This document shows positions 49,918 to 64,000 of a stretch of 64,000 bases of DNA, one piece after another (the stretch's first letter is position 1; each line of letters begins with the position of its first letter). Below the pieces are notes generated by a model. That model searched no databases, was not told the DNA's origin, and worked only from the letters and a program-made list of their open reading frames with translations. Where the stretch lies: positions 168,957,741 through 169,021,740 of the forward strand of contig CM041465.1 of the NCBI GenBank assembly GCA_023213395.1, in the 5' to 3' direction. The translations under genes were made by a program, and so were the position numbers. The DNA is from Cycas panzhihuaensis (lineage: Eukaryota > Plantae > Cycadophyta).

Positions 49918-51096
49918 TAATCTATTTTTGGATCTTTATTTTTATAATACTCTTAAAATGCCTTGTTTTTCATGTTTATAATCTTCTTTTAGTAGAAAAA
50001 TGCCTTAAGAGGCTTAAAAAATGCAAAAAAAGGTGCAACCACAACTGTAACCAAGTGCAACCAACTGCAACTAAGTGAAACCGGGTGACCTACAAGTGTA
50101 ACTAAGCGCAACCGGGTGGTCTACAAGTGCAACTAAGTGTAATCAATTGGTCTACAAGTGCAACGAAGTGCAACCATACAATTTACAAGTGCAACGGCAA
50201 GTGTAATCAATTGCAACTATAGGTGCAACCCTGCTGACTGCAGGCACAACCCTATTGACTGAGGTGTAACCCTGCGGACTGCAAAAAACATAAAATGTGA
50301 AAACTGAAAAATGATAGCGTTTTTGGTGGGCAAAATAGAGTTCGTTTCACACAAAATTTTAGGAGGATCTTCTTGCACATGTCCACTACATGATTAAAGA
50401 GAAAAACCTCTTTATCACATGAATTTAAGCGGGTTTTTCTCTAACTGTTTGGAATCTGTTGAAGAACTGAAAAATAGAAAACCTGTTGTGAAAGAAACAC
50501 GTATTATAGGGTTTTATAACAGTAATATCTCTTGACAGAAGACAGAAGAGAGGATGTCAGTAGCCATAGATGCAGTATGAGGAGCAAGACAAGAGGAAAG
50601 ACTCTCCAAAATTACTTTCCGTTTCAGAAAGAATGGCTCCAAAAATGTAAAATTTGCATAGGAGAGAAAAAATGATGGAAGTGCATAAGGAGCGATAGAG
50701 TAGCATCCAAATCTATTTGTGGGGATAGAGAAGGAGCCCAAAAAAGTGAAGTTGTAGCCAAGGGAGGAAAATAGTAGCTACAACAGTCTAAGAAAGAGAT
50801 GCCAGTGAAATTCTTCACAAGAAAAGAGATTTTTTGGTTATCGGCAACCAAAACTCTATGCATACTTCAGTATCAGTGGTTCTAAAGAATATACAGTAGC
50901 CTGATAAGTGCCCAGCACTCAGTTCTACTCTTCCAATTTGTTGTAGCAGTCCTTTACATGCTCAATAGAGCACAAACACAAGGAATTTTATAAGAGAATT
51001 CAAAATATCTTCAAATTAATGTAATATTATTGTAAATTTATTCTGGATTTGTTTCGATTGGATTAAGTCTTTACTTTTCCATTCAAATTCAAATCA
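49918..51096 (+). repeat. 3' LTR of element C
   Basis: Starts TAATCTATTTTTGG (TG mutated to TA); about 43 bp longer in the repeat array. Confidence 0.92.
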
Positions 51097-51358
51097 ATAA
51101 AACATTAATCTTGCATAAGGGTGATGGGGGTAGTCCCCTCATCTCCTTATCCTTTTACACCAAACTCTTAGGTGACGTATAAGTAGCCCCTATGTTGCCC
51201 CTTCTTTTCCTTGTCTACGTGATCCACCACGACACCTACGACTCCCCTTGGATGATGATACTTTTTGCATTAGTAGATGATACTAATCTTTTTATGTTGA
51301 TAGCATCTACCATCACCAGATGCTTCTAAGTGATGAAGCTCTACTGCTAAGGGGGCAA

Positions 51359-54300
51359 TGTTTCTCGGCTACCAAGAATAGATATGGATAACATCTCTTA
51401 GGTAGGCATAGATATATATCTCTATCCCTACTCCTCATTTACCTCAAGATGTGATGAGATGTTTGATGATTACATTTTATATGGCATTGTTATATGCATG
51501 GTTGAGATGCTTAGTTTGCCTACCTATTTTTATTCCTATAACTATGATCCAGCTTATGACGACTTAGGACCATCATCCTATGGCACTATATAGCCCCTCA
51601 TGACACCTCCTCAACACTCTTGGGTACTCATGGGCCCCTGTGGCCCACCTTTTATTCACTATTAGCATTATACATGATCCCTAACACCTTGTTTTAGGCC
51701 TGATCATATTTGTATATATCATTCATCCATCATTGAGGCCTTTACTACCCTCTTTTACATATTTAGGAAGGTCGCGTCGATGCCTAGAGGTCCTCTAAAG
51801 GCTTTACCAGTCTAGTATACTACTCTATTATGCCCTAAGACCCTTCTTTTGGGGGTCCCCTAGGCCTCCCTTTTATTTTTTCTTATATTTTATTTGCATT
51901 GTGATAATATTTGCAGTACCATGACAAACTTTATAGTGCCGTGAAGTTTACCACGAGATGACTATTTATTGATCTTTGTGGTCTCGCAATGGCTAATTTC
52001 ACATTTATTACAAAACTGACATATGGTAGACCATTGTTTCCTACTTAGAGAAAACCCTAATCACTTGGGAAACCTAATTTAGGTATAAAAAACCAAATCT
52101 AAGTTTATTTTATCTCTCTTGGCTCTCATACGAAAGGAAAAATGCCTATTACCTGCACTTCTGGTTTCTCCTCCTATTCTTCTCTTCTCTAAGCATGAAA
52201 CCCTAGAATGTAGGTCTATACTAGCTCTTCTCCAGTAGGTCTTCCTTCTATGGTACTCACTCTAGCAGTAGCAAAAGGTTTCATAAGTTTTTAATCCTCA
52301 TTCTTACCTCCAAAAAGGAGCCTCTCTTCACCTAGCAAGAGGGGTCCTCATCTTTTCATTAGCACATGAGGTAACATCCATTTTACTTCAGTTTTTTGTG
52401 ACTGTATCAAGTTTATTTCTTGTTATTCTCCCCTTTAGCAAGCATATTTGGTATATATTTCCACTTATTGTAAGTTTTGCATACATCTTTATCTCCTTTT
52501 AGGTGTCCAAAGGAAGGCAAGCCCTTCCTTCCTCCTTGATTGCACCTCCATACCACTTGGGTTCTTCAAGGGAAACAAGTAAGTGGATTGTGGGATTCCT
52601 TTGAGAAGGAGAAGAGGAGTTCATAGCTAGGGTTCTAACCCTCATAGCCATATCCTCCAAGGCATCCCCCTACCTCTCTTAGCGTTCCTATGCGATATCC
52701 ATCTTGCACACCAAGAAACTCCTTAGGTCAGGGCTTCTATTGGTTATAGCATTTGCAGCCCCTTGCAACACCTACAATCAACTCTTATACACATTATTTA
52801 GTAGCATGTTTCTTTGTATATTTTTCCATTTCATGAGATTTCCATTTCCCTTACATATCTTGTAAAAGTTACAATATTATAACTTTTGTAACATTTACAC
52901 TTTTTACAATTTTTACAACTTCTTAATCCTTGGAAGTTGCATGACTTTTATTTGCTTAGAATTATAAACCCTCTTCTAACTTATTTCTTAGAGTACTTGA
53001 GCACATAATAGGTAGATTATTTGAGGGAGCTATCCATTCTAAGGCTCTCCTTTCTCTCACCTTCAAAGCCCCTCTTTTCCCCCAAATATTACTTAGAAAC
53101 TTTTAAGTATATAGTGAGAAGATTGAGAAGCATATTGTTCCTTTTCTTTCATTACACTAAACAAGTTTAGATTTCATTTTGATGAGCATGTGTATACATA
53201 ATTACATCCATATGCACATGTATATATATGTTATTGTTTGTTGAAAGGGTTTACCCACAAGGAAACTCCACCTACCATAAGTAAGAAGGATTGCGTTGAA
53301 AGATATATATATCTCATTTACATTTGTTTTCCTTTGAAACTTTCCTTTAAAGTTCTTTTCTCTTTTGAAATACATTTCAAGGAAGCTAAGGAAGCCCCAA
53401 CTATAGTTTTGTCTACAACACCAACCGCGTCTTAAAGCATAGGGTGAACGGTGAAAGGAAGACAACGATAGGAAAGAGAGGCACTCCATCGATTGGATTG
53501 TTTCTAGGTGCACTTCTTCCAACCTTCCTTTTCCTTCTTATCCTTTTCTTCCCTCCTTTCTCTCCTAAAAAGGAAATTGGTTGCATTTATACATAGTTTG
53601 CAATCATTTATTTTTTTTACCCACATCTATCTAAGGGAAAACATAAAGGAATATCATTCATATTTGCTCTCTTCATCTTTGCATTAGTGTATGTTGACCT
53701 TACTTCCTCCTTTCCTCTTACATAAGCATGAAAAAGGATAACTTGGGCTAGAGTATCTCTCATTTCTCTCCTAAAAGGAAAGTGATAGAAAGGGTTTTCT
53801 TCTCTTTGTTGCACCCTCCAATTGCATTCACTTCATATATACAAGAGTAGGAACAAGAAAGGGAACTTTGGCTTTTGATAGCCATCCTTCTTCCATGCAT
53901 TATTAAGGAAAGTTACATAGGTCATCCATACTCTTCCTCTTCTTTGCACCCTCTTTCTCCCTTCATTTAATTCCTTTTCTATTAATAAAGATAAAAGAGA
54001 GAGAGAGAAAGTAAGAGTATCTTTTGAGTTGCACTTACTTGGCATTGATACTTTATATTATTACACTGTCTTTAAGTAAGACTAAGACACTACCCAAACC
54101 CTTAGTATACTTAGTCCACTGGCTTTGTTTAACCTAAACCCTAGAGGTATTCGTTTAGGTGATCTTTAGCAAAATTCACCATTAGTCTTGTCTTTTTCTT
54201 GTATTTGATTTATGCATGCCAAACCCCTTTCACATCTTTCAACCAATCATTTCCCTCTCTTATTCTATAAGTCCCTACCCTATTAGGGCTTGCCTCTTCC

Positions 54301-54608
54301 TTTCCCCTTATTTAGGGAATAAAGCTTTGATCCTTCCTCTCCTTCCTTCACCTATTAGGATAGGAGAGTCCTTCCTTAGGATACTTGGTAAATTGAGGAT
54401 GCCCTTGCCTAACTCGAATCTGAGAAGGTACTTGCCAAAAGGGAAAGTCTTGTGTGTTATTTGGGGGTATTTGAACTTGTGTTTAGATGTACAAATGGCC
54501 TTTATGGTTGACCTATTCCCTCACCCTCAAGGACCTTTAATCCTCTGGCATAGTGATAGTGTAGGCTTAATATCCTTATTTTTAGTGACCCCCAGAGGTG
54601 CACTTCCA
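51359..54608 (+). repeat. 3' LTR of element A
   Basis: Follows the PPT; ends CACTTCCA then TSD GGTGG. Confidence 0.95.
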
Positions 54609-54613
54609 GGTGG

Positions 54614-56160
54614 TAAATTGTACAAGGAGCCAACTAAATGTTTCAGGATTATTTCATCATTCTCAAAGTGATCGAGGTAAAAGATACTTTTTAAAAGGGA
54701 TGAATATTAGGAGAAGGGATATAAGGAGATTCATTCTTATTAATATATTGGGGCACCAGAGAGTCTAGTGTGGAAGGAATAATATCAGTAAGGGGAGATA
54801 TGGTTAGGAAAGAGAAGGTTTAAATGGGAAAAGTCCAATTGAGTTATGCTAAAAGATTAAATTAAGAACATGTATTTAATTCGATCACAATATATATTAG
54901 TCGAGGTTCTTCTAGTTCAAAAGGAAAAGAATTTTGTAAAGTGGTGACAGTGATCATGTGGATTGGTTTAGCTTCTTTTGGATTTAAATGAAATATGAAG
55001 TTTGTATTAAAGTAATGCCCAAATCCTAATAAGGCAAAAGAGGATGAAGAGTCTCCTTTTTCTTATATGAGCTCAACCATTGGAACATATTTTTGTATGG
55101 GTTTACTTTTATATTTAACAATTTTAAGTTTTCCCTCATAGATAAATTTAGGATCACTAAAGAGTGACAAACAAACTATAAACATTTGGTTGATTCATGG
55201 TCAACCAAGAAGCATTTTAAACCTAAAATTAAAATCAATAATAGTGATTTTATCCATAATGGTTTTTCCTTCTAATGTAAGAGGAAGGGGGTTATATGGC
55301 CTATCAAGGTTTTTTGGTCTTTATCATACCCTTGACAAACCTAGTTCATTGGTTCACAAGATGAGATTTCTAGATCTTCTAGAAGCCATAACGGAATGAC
55401 ATTAATAGAAGATCTTTCATCAACTATACACCTTTTGATCTTGGTGTCATCTTTCATTATCTCAATATATAAATGGGTGGTTTCATTATGGTTTCACTTT
55501 TCTTCATCTTATAAAAGTTTAGGATCAAAGAAAACAATAGGGTTTCTAGGAGAAGTGGGCCTATGAATCCTTAAGTTATCTAAGAGAAGCTTTCTTTAAT
55601 TAGGGTAGCTTTTTAGGAGATCCATAATTAAGATTCTAGTAATTATAGTTTTTAATTCCTCTACAAGTGAAAAAGATCCCTCTTTGGTTAGCTACATAAT
55701 AAACCTAAAATATATAGGTTTGTAAGGTAATTGAGGTGGTGAGTATAAAGACTTATCCTTAGATAGAGTATTTAAATCTTAATGTTTAGTGGAAGTAGAT
55801 GCTTTATAGACTTCCACTATGTTAATGGTTTTCTTGGGTTCTTCTCCTTTTATAGGTGGCTTATTCTAAGGTTTAGCTTTTCTAAAGTTCCATTTATTGG
55901 GAGGAGAACCCTTATCTATTTACTTAGATTTTATGTCTAAGGAATCATAATTGTCATTAAATTAGGCCTTGCCTTTGTCTAGAGATTTTTTCTTAGTATG
56001 GTTAGGTAATGGATCTTTGTGAATTAACTAATCTTGGTTAGAGTTAGAAGTAAGATTTTGATTTACTTTAACACATCTTAAGATTATATTTAGTCTGTTG
56101 TATTGTTCACGATTGTGGGTGTCTATTTAGTAATAAATACACTAAAGCATCTTTTTAAGT
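54614..56160 (-). pseudogene. element D continuation: gag C-terminus, protease and spacer
   Basis: Minus-strand IKRCIVDERSSIN (near 55400-55440); the frame ...FENDEIILKHLVGSLYNL|PPNHHKLGY joins across A's TSD to 18317. Confidence 0.85.
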
Positions 56161-56165
56161 GAGAG

Positions 56166-56577
56166 TAAAAATTTTATTAACAAGATCAAAATATCAATGT
56201 ATGTAATTTAGACAAGTAATGAAGGGCAATGAAATATAAATAACAACATAAGTAACTAAACAAATTAGTTACAAAAATGGTGTGATGGGCAAATCAGTTA
56301 CATCATGTAATATTCAAATTAGCAAAGCTTCCACATAAGCAATATAATCCAATGTACATGATGATGAATGGGTCTAATTTATAGACCAATATATGATATA
56401 TTTTGTATTACATTAGCTGATATAACAACATATTTTGATTGGCCTATTATATGACATACGATGGAGCTGACACTTTATTCAATTACATTAAATTACAATT
56501 AGGGGTCCTCCAACTATGCACATGGATGTAATTTACATCAATTTACAATGTAAGGGGTTATTTTTAATGTTTTAACA
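56166..56577 (-). repeat. 3' LTR of Copia E
   Basis: TAAAAATTTTATTAACAAGATCAAAAT...TTTTAACA. Confidence 0.85.
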
Positions 56578-56599
56578 CCCTCCCTTAATAACAACTTCA

Positions 56600-59500
56600 T
56601 TTGATGTGACATTGAAGTAATGTCAGAACCTTTCAAACTTTGGTTTACTAAGTGCTTTGATGAAGATGTTGACAGCTTGGTCTTTAGTAAGTCGATACAC
56701 AAGGTCTACTTTTCTATTTTGAATATATTCACAGATGAAATGATCATGGACCTTGGTGTGCTTGGTTTTAACATGCAAAACTAGACTTTTTATCATCTTC
56801 AACACACTTTAATTGTCATAATAGAAGGTATTAGATGAAGTCTATTAAATTCCAAGCTCAGTAAGAATCCTTCTAAGCCAAATCAACTATGTAGTGGCAT
56901 GAACAACTACTTCATATTTAGCTTTAATGGAGGGAAGAGTAATATTAGGTTGTTTCTTACAACTCTAGGAGATAACAATTGAATTCATGTCAAAATAGTA
57001 ACCTGATGTTAAATGGTGAGTATCTTGGCAACCTACCTAGTTTACATCTATGAATCCTTTAAGGATGGGAGAATTAGCTTGGGTATAATAAAGCCTAAAC
57101 TAAAGTGTACTATGGATATACTTGAGAATTCTAGTAATGGACTTCCATTGAGATACCTTAATATGTGTGGTATACCTAGAGCAAATCCTAATTACATAGG
57201 AGATATCTAGACAAGTATGAGTGAGGTAAATGAGGCTTCCACCCAACTACTAATACAAATTGGTATGAAAAGGCTTGCCTCATTCATCCAAGTTGAGCTT
57301 GGTTTCTATTTCCATTGGAATTGGTATAGGCTTATAGTCAGTCATTCTAAATCTCTGTAATAATTCATTTAAGAATTTAGATTGTGACAAGAATATGTGA
57401 CCTAGATCTTATCATACTTCAATGCCAAGGAAATAGTGTAGCAACCTAAGATCTACCATCTTAAAGTTATTTTTGAGTTCACATTGGATCCAAGCTATGT
57501 TATTATCATTATTCCTAGTGATTTCTAAATTATCCACATAGAGCACTATGATAGAGATATATTGAGTGAAAAAGGCATCAATTTTAGTATATCAGGCATG
57601 TGGTGCTTGTTTCAATCCATAAAGGACTTTATTAAACTTACAAACTAGATGTTTTTTACCAGGAACAATGTAGCCATGAGGTTGCTTCAAGAAAACCTCT
57701 TTAGTGGTAGTTCTTCATTATGAAAAGCACTCTTCACATCCAGTTGGTATATAAGCTAATTAAACTGAGTTGAAAGTGACATAACCAAATGGAATGTACT
57801 CATGTTAGCTATAGGTGTAAAAGTTTCATCAAAATTGATCCCCTCTTATTGTTTAAGACCTATTGCAACTAAGTGAGTTTAATGATACTCAATGGTGCCA
57901 TCAACATAAAATTTTATCTTATAAATCCATCGATAATCAATTAGATTCTTTCCTAGTGGTAATTCTACCAACTCCCATATATCATTCTTTAGGATTAAGT
58001 ACATCTCATCATCCATGGTAGCTTTCTATATTTGGTCCTTGACTACCTCCTCAAGCATGGAAGGCTTAGGGGTCTTGAGAACTTGTGTCATCAAGGCATA
58101 ATTGGTTGAGTGCCTCATCCTAGACTCTCTCTTAGGAGCAAATGGTGGAGAAGGAGCATCCTTGATCAATTGTTAATAATACTTATGGATCTTTTGAAGG
58201 CTATTGACCTCCACATAAAGATCATTTGCAAAGATAGAAGGTATAGCTAATATGGCATTTGAATTTAGAAAAGAAGCTTCTAGAACTAAAGAAGGATTTG
58301 GAGTGTATGAAGATATAAGTGAAGGTGGCTTAAGAATTAGTATAAGAGGCATCATAGGGATACAAACATATTCATCTACTATAAACTAAACTTGAGAAGG
58401 GTCTAAATCACTTGTCTCTTTAACAAAAATGACATCTTGAATAGTATATACCTGATCTCTAATAGGGTCATATACTTCATATGCTTTATGTCTAGGCACA
58501 TATCTAATAAAGATGCACTTAAGGATTTTATCATCAAATTTCTTCTTATTCTCCTTAGGTACATGCTTGTAGGTTATGCAACTAAATATTCTAAGATAAG
58601 AGACTATAGACTTTTGACTTAGCTAAGCCTCCTTAAGAGTGATATCATGGACTGCTACTATGGTGCTCCTATTGTTAAGGTAGGTAATTGTTGAGATGAC
58701 CTTGGCACAAAAATGAGTAGCGAGTCTAGTAGTATTCATCATAAGTTTAGCTTTATTCATTAGAGTTTGGTTTATCTATTTTGCAACATTATTTTGTTAA
58801 GATATGTAAGGGGTTAAGAATTGATTTTTGATACCAAGCTATTTGCAAAAGTTAGTAAACAGATTAGATATATACTCCCCTCTATTATTCTATCTAAGTA
58901 TCTTGATATTCATTCTTATTTTATTTTCCACCCAAACTTTAAACTCCCTAAACTTATCAAAGGCTTAAAATTTGTTCCTAAGAAAGTAGACCCATACTTT
59001 CTTGGAATAATCATCAATGAATGTTATGAAATATAGGTTTCCCTTGAGTGAAAGGGTAAACATAGGTCCACATATTTTTTAGTAGGCTAGTCCCAAGGGT
59101 TCAGAGCCTCTTCATGTTCTATTAGAAGGAAATGACTAACTATGTTGTTTTCTAATTAGGCATGCTTCATAGATATACTTGTTTCTTTTAATTTTGGGGA
59201 GTCTATGCACCATTTGGAGCCTAAACATGAGATTTAGATTGTGCATGTTAAGGTGACTAAGGTATTGATGCCATAACTGGTCCTTAGTGTATTTGGAGGT
59301 GATTAACTCTATAATATGTGAACATTCACCTTATTCTTATATAGGAGGAGGTTCTTCCATAACAACTTTTTTTCCTTTATTAACCTGAGTGTTGTGGGTA
59401 GTGGCATAGGATTCTGGTGAGGTATTAGTAGTAAGGGATATACCATCAAGTTTGTAGAGGCCATTATCCTCATATCTTACTCTAACAAGTTATTTAGTAG

Positions 59501-60981
59501 CATGGTCTGTTATTATGTAGATGCCTTCATGAAAAATCACATCAAAGTTTTTCTTATTAATTTGGCTTATAGATAATAAGTTTTAACTTCATGCTTAGAA
59601 CTAGAAAGATGTTATTTATATGATATTAAATTTCATAATCCTTTAATATAATAGGATCTCTTCTAACCTTAGTCACATCATAAGTGAGATTGTCTCCAAA
59701 TGTGATGGTTTAAGCTTGGATTTGATAAGTCTCATCTAGCAAATATTTAGTGCCAATCATGTGATATGCAGTACTAAAATCAATCAACTGGGAGTTGTCA
59801 TTGTATTGGGATGATAAAACAATAAAAAATAGATTATGTGTGGTGGAGTCTTATGTTTCAACAACATTGCCTCCTTGCTATATGTTTTTGTTATTTCTTT
59901 GATTCTTGGATTGATTTCTAGGCATATTGGATTGTCCTTGGTTTTAATATTGTCTTTGATTTCTATTTTACTGGTAGGGTTGGACACCTTATAGGAAGTA
60001 TTGGCCTCCTTGCTAAAAACTTGGTCCTCCCTATGGAAAGTTAGGGCCTCTTTCTTAAAAGCTAGGCCCACATGATTACCCCCCTTAGTTTTCAAACATT
60101 TGGAAGTCTACTAATCTCCTTCTACAGTCAACAACAAGGTGCATTTTTTCCCCACATTCTATCTATGTTGTTGATTCTTTAATGGTTGAGATTATGGTGT
60201 CTTCTAGGGATATTGAAGTTATCAAGGCAACTCTAAGATGCCTAAAGAGCCAAGCCATTAAGCAAGAGATTGGTGAGGTGGCGGTTACTAATAGGGCTAA
60301 TTGTATAGTTGATTCTAATCTACATTCCTAACTACTAATGTAGAGGTAAAGTCAGAAGTTGTTTCTATACCTTGATTATGGATAATTCCTTTCTCTTTTA
60401 GAAAAGGTCCTCTAAAGTGTTGAAATCCATCTTGGTAAAGGTATCATAGAGGTTAGTAACAAAGCTATTAAACTCCATGGGAAGGATATTAAAAATAGAG
60501 GTATTAGGTCATGGTCTAAAGGATGTGTACCAAGGTTGATAAGTTCATTTTGTATGGCTTTGATTTTAGTTAAATAAGAGGCAATGATACTAGGAAAAAG
60601 AATGCCAAAAAGGCATGCTTTGAGAGTAATAGATCTTGAATCATCTTTCCTCTCATAAAGGGAATACAATGTGCTCCATACTTCATGAGAAGTTTAAGCA
60701 GTTTCTATATTCTGATTGATTCAGTCTTTAATGGCTAGATAAAGGAACAATATAGCAATGTTATCCTTGGCTTTGAAAGTGGATAAGGCAACTAGATCAT
60801 GAGCTATCTTAATTGTAGAGCCATTGGGGTCCTTGGGAGGTATAGGAAGAGGTATGTCCCCATTGACATGTGCCTAATAATTATTCATTATTAGCAGGTT
60901 CTTCACTTCTTTCTTCTAATCTATAAAATCAATTATTCCACTAAGTTTTATGGTGTTTTATAGAAGTATTTTGGCTACCAT
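56600..60981 (-). pseudogene. Copia E gag-pol pseudogene
   Basis: Gag start MVAKILL...KLSG at 60981; RT (DFDETFTP, LYVDN near 57535); RH end TKHTKVHDHFICEYIQ...DQAVNIFIKALSKPKFERF (56623-56805). Confidence 0.9.
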
Positions 60982-62961
60982 TTTGAGTTATTTTTGGTGT
61001 TCTATCTACCTAGTTAGGCTACTAAACTAGAATGTTATGTTTAAAGGTCTCTAGAAAGCCCTCAGTTACTATTTTGTCTAGTGGTACCTACCCACAAGTG
61101 GAAAAATAGAGATTTTATATAGTAGTATATGAGCTCTAGGCTCTATATACCTTAGTACATGGGCTAGTAAGAAGGTCAAAGAATCCCTTGTTTTTTTGGT
61201 CCACTTATGCCAGACTTATACCTAGTGATAGATCTAGCAAAGGACTATAAATACTCCTCCAGGTCTAGCCTAGTCTCTAAACTCTAAGGTAAGGTTTTCA
61301 CAGTTCAACATACTATTTAGTATACTTTATAGCTAATAGACTTCTCTAATATTTGTAGAATTTGAGAAAAGCCAATGATATGTGCAGAGTTATAACTTTA
61401 TGGGTCATAACCACTCCCTTTGCAAGGCTAGTAAAAGGTTTTATTTATAAATTTATGATTATATTTTTTAATCTTTCAAGTTAAATTTTTTTTTTAAATG
61501 TGATCTTATTTAAATAAGAAGGGTTCCTTTTATGAAATGAAAGGCAAAGACCCAAAGTAAATGTAATAACTAAAAGAAAGATGAAGGGTTTAGGGTGAGA
61601 GAAAATCAGCCTCCTTCATCTAAGAATGATACCTACAACCATAATGCGCTTATAAAAGTCAATAAGAAACTAGATAGGACAATAAATCAAATGTTAATTA
61701 GAAGCCTTATAAACTAAAAAATAGGACTTCAATTAGTTAAAAAATACTTATTATGGCTCAAATAAAAGGCTCTACTGTAGTAGCTTATAAACCCTTGAAG
61801 ATCTACTTAGAAGTAGCTAAAGCTAGCTCTAAATTGTAGATATTTGAATTAGGATTTCAATGATTTCAATGGTGTATAAAATAAACCTCCCATTAAAAAG
61901 TTATGCCCAAAATAATGTAGTGACCTCTATGAAAATGAAATGAAGGGGATTTAGCTTAGGCCCCCTTTTGAAGTAGCTCTTGGTCACAAACTTAGCTCAT
62001 GCAACCACTAGTTGAGTGATTGAGGGGCTAACAAACTTAAAAAAGATTAAAACATCAAATAAACTTATTGAATTTATAAAAATTATATAAACTAAATTAT
62101 AATATTTTAATTCTACCATTTTTTGCTATAAAATCCTAATCACATGGGACCCAATGTTACCTAAAATCTTAACCCCTTTATAGATTTGAGTGCCAACTCA
62201 AATCTAATTAAATTTATAAGATACTTTATAAAAAAATAATGAAATTTAATCAAAATTTAAGTTGCATGGCTCACACATGATTTTTGTGCAAATAGAAGTA
62301 TGAAATTGTAATTAAAATTGCATCAAATCTATTCTAGATTGGTTTGAGACACTATAGGGCTGATCTAAGACTAACACAAAAGGATTTTTTGTAAATTTGG
62401 AGTTTCTATATGCCCATATGATGTCATATAGTAAAGAAATGACTGATGGAGTATATGTGAGGGTTGCAGGTTACAAATGAGCTAAAAATCAATTAAATCA
62501 AGTGGAATCTACTTCCATCTAATGTTAAACCACCTTAGAGGACTATAGAACAATCCTAGGAGTAGTTTGGAAGCATATCGTAATTCCCACAAGTAGATTT
62601 ATAACTACAACAAGTTGGTATGAGAGAAAATGAAGGCTAAATAGGATGAAACAATGATAATAACATGTTATTTTGATGAGTGTGGCTTCAAATAACAATA
62701 AGGAGTCACTTGCATATGGCCAAGCAACTATCAAAAGTGGTGTATATCATAAATGTGGGCTATAGAATGATCAAATAACTTGCCACTAATATCAATGGCA
62801 TGAAAATACAAAAACAACAATAAACGGGATGTCCTTTCCACTAAATGAGATCCTATTTTTACTTAATGGAGTAAAATAACTTGGAATAAAATTGATTTAT
62901 GCACATAAATGGCTTTGATACCATGAAAATTTTATTAATAGGATCAAAATATTAATGTACA

Positions 62962-64000
62962 TGTTTCACCAACACCTAGTCTCTTATTTATCCTTATAAT
63001 TTTTAACACATCTTTGTATAATTTCATAAGCAAAATAAAAGTTGGACTTGGTTTTATGTTGTATTAGACCATGTTTTCATGAATTAATGTATTGATTTGC
63101 TTGATGATGTATGATGTATGATGTTATGTTATATGATTATATTATCAGCTACTGATGATTGATACTTATGGCATTAAATTTGTCTTTCACGATCATTTTA
63201 ATTTGACTCTTCCTTTAAAACCTTTTCTTTTTCATTTTTTATCTTGATTTCACCCATACTTTGTCATTTTTTATCATTTTTGAGCTTATTCTTAGCGTTT
63301 TTATTATATCTTGGGCCTCTTTTCTTATTAATAAAGTTATTTATGCCTAAATTTATAATAAAAAAATATTTTTTGACTTTTAATGAGTCATTTTTTATCT
63401 CCTCACTTATCACATTTTTTGTACTACTAAAAATATGACTAGTCACATTTTTAGAGTAAAGTCACATTTTTGGTAGGTCTAAAAATATGACTGGTTATGT
63501 TTTTTACTATTGTATATGTGAAACTGAGTCAGTGCACGAGATGTTTACATGTTGCCACCCAGATTTGATGAAAACTTATCTTTTGAATGCTCAAAAGGAA
63601 CCCTAAGTATATTATTATTTATCATTAGGAATTAGAGAGTCAAGAGATCATGATTTACTAGCTTTCTTAGAGAGTTTTAGAGACTTTTTAAAGATTTCTA
63701 CTATTGTGACTTGGAGAATTACTTATGGTAATGCTTATAGGTTAAATCAAGAGGAGATTTTGATGTTGTGGTTTGTTGTTCTATTGATATTCAAATTTAA
63801 TGGTTTTCTCTTCAAGTTTCATGATTTTTCTTATCATTTTTAGCCTCAAAACTCCTTTATACCAATAAGATCTTTCCTATTCAAAATTCTTACGATTTCA
63901 TTGCGTATTAGAGATTGCTTTTTACTCAGAGCTTGCTTTTTCTTTCTACTAGTTTTTGTGGTAATCTTGTACTTATTTTTGGCTTAGAATCTTGGCTAAA
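62962..64000 (+). mobile_element. element F: start of another long LTR inserted in Copia E's LTR
   Basis: Similarity to E's LTR stops abruptly at 62961; the new sequence begins TGTTTC, as do the LTRs of A and B; it runs off the window. Confidence 0.6.

Larger units (their letters stand above)
44067..51096 (+). mobile_element. element C: chromovirus (CRM-like) Ty3/Gypsy
   Basis: LTRs 44067-45202 and 49918-51096 with TGAT...ATCA-type ends; PBS TGGTATCAGAGC at 45209-45220; PPT AAAAAGGGGAG at 49904-49914; TSD degenerate (GTATA/ATAAA). Confidence 0.92.
18318..54608 (+). mobile_element. element A: large Tat-like Ty3/Gypsy retrotransposon carrying nested B and C
   Basis: LTRs 18318-21567 and 51359-54608 (both 3250 bp, TGTTTC...TTCCA); perfect TSD GGTGG (18313-18317, 54609-54613); PBS at 21569; PPT CTAAGGGGGCAA at 51347-51358. 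Confidence 0.95.
56166..62961 (-). mobile_element. element E: Ty1/Copia, 5' LTR interrupted by F
   Basis: 3' LTR 56166-56577 with PPT reverse complement CCCTCCCTTAAT; PBS reverse complement GCTTTGATACCA at 62912-62923; the first 38 bp of the other LTR (62924-62961) match 56166 onward. Confidence 0.9.

Overview
Gene-free land-plant heterochromatin made almost entirely of nested, decayed LTR retrotransposons; no host genes or RNA genes were found. I could delimit: a small non-coding LTR element (1276-4734); a Ty1/Copia (8434-13596, minus strand, TSD GAGCA); an old minus-strand Tat-like Ty3/Gypsy (D) split by insertions; a large Tat-like element A (18318-54608, 3250-bp LTRs, TSD GGTGG) inserted in D; a younger non-autonomous relative B (26235-37182, TSD TCTTC) inserted in A's RT; a CRM-like chromovirus C (44067-51096) inserted in A's 3' region; a second Copia E (56166-62961+, minus strand) inserted in D's gag; and the start of another LTR (F, from 62962) inserted in E's LTR. 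The most interesting structure is the 3' region of A and B. About 4 kb after the pol stop there is a stand-alone archaeal-type RNase H ORF, head-to-head with an antisense, TATA-driven, apparently intron-containing plant-mobile-domain (PMD) gene. B has lost RT-RH-INT and the PMD body but keeps Gag-protease, the free RNase H, the antisense promoter with exon 1, and conserved RNA hairpins. All alignments, translations and folds were done by eye.
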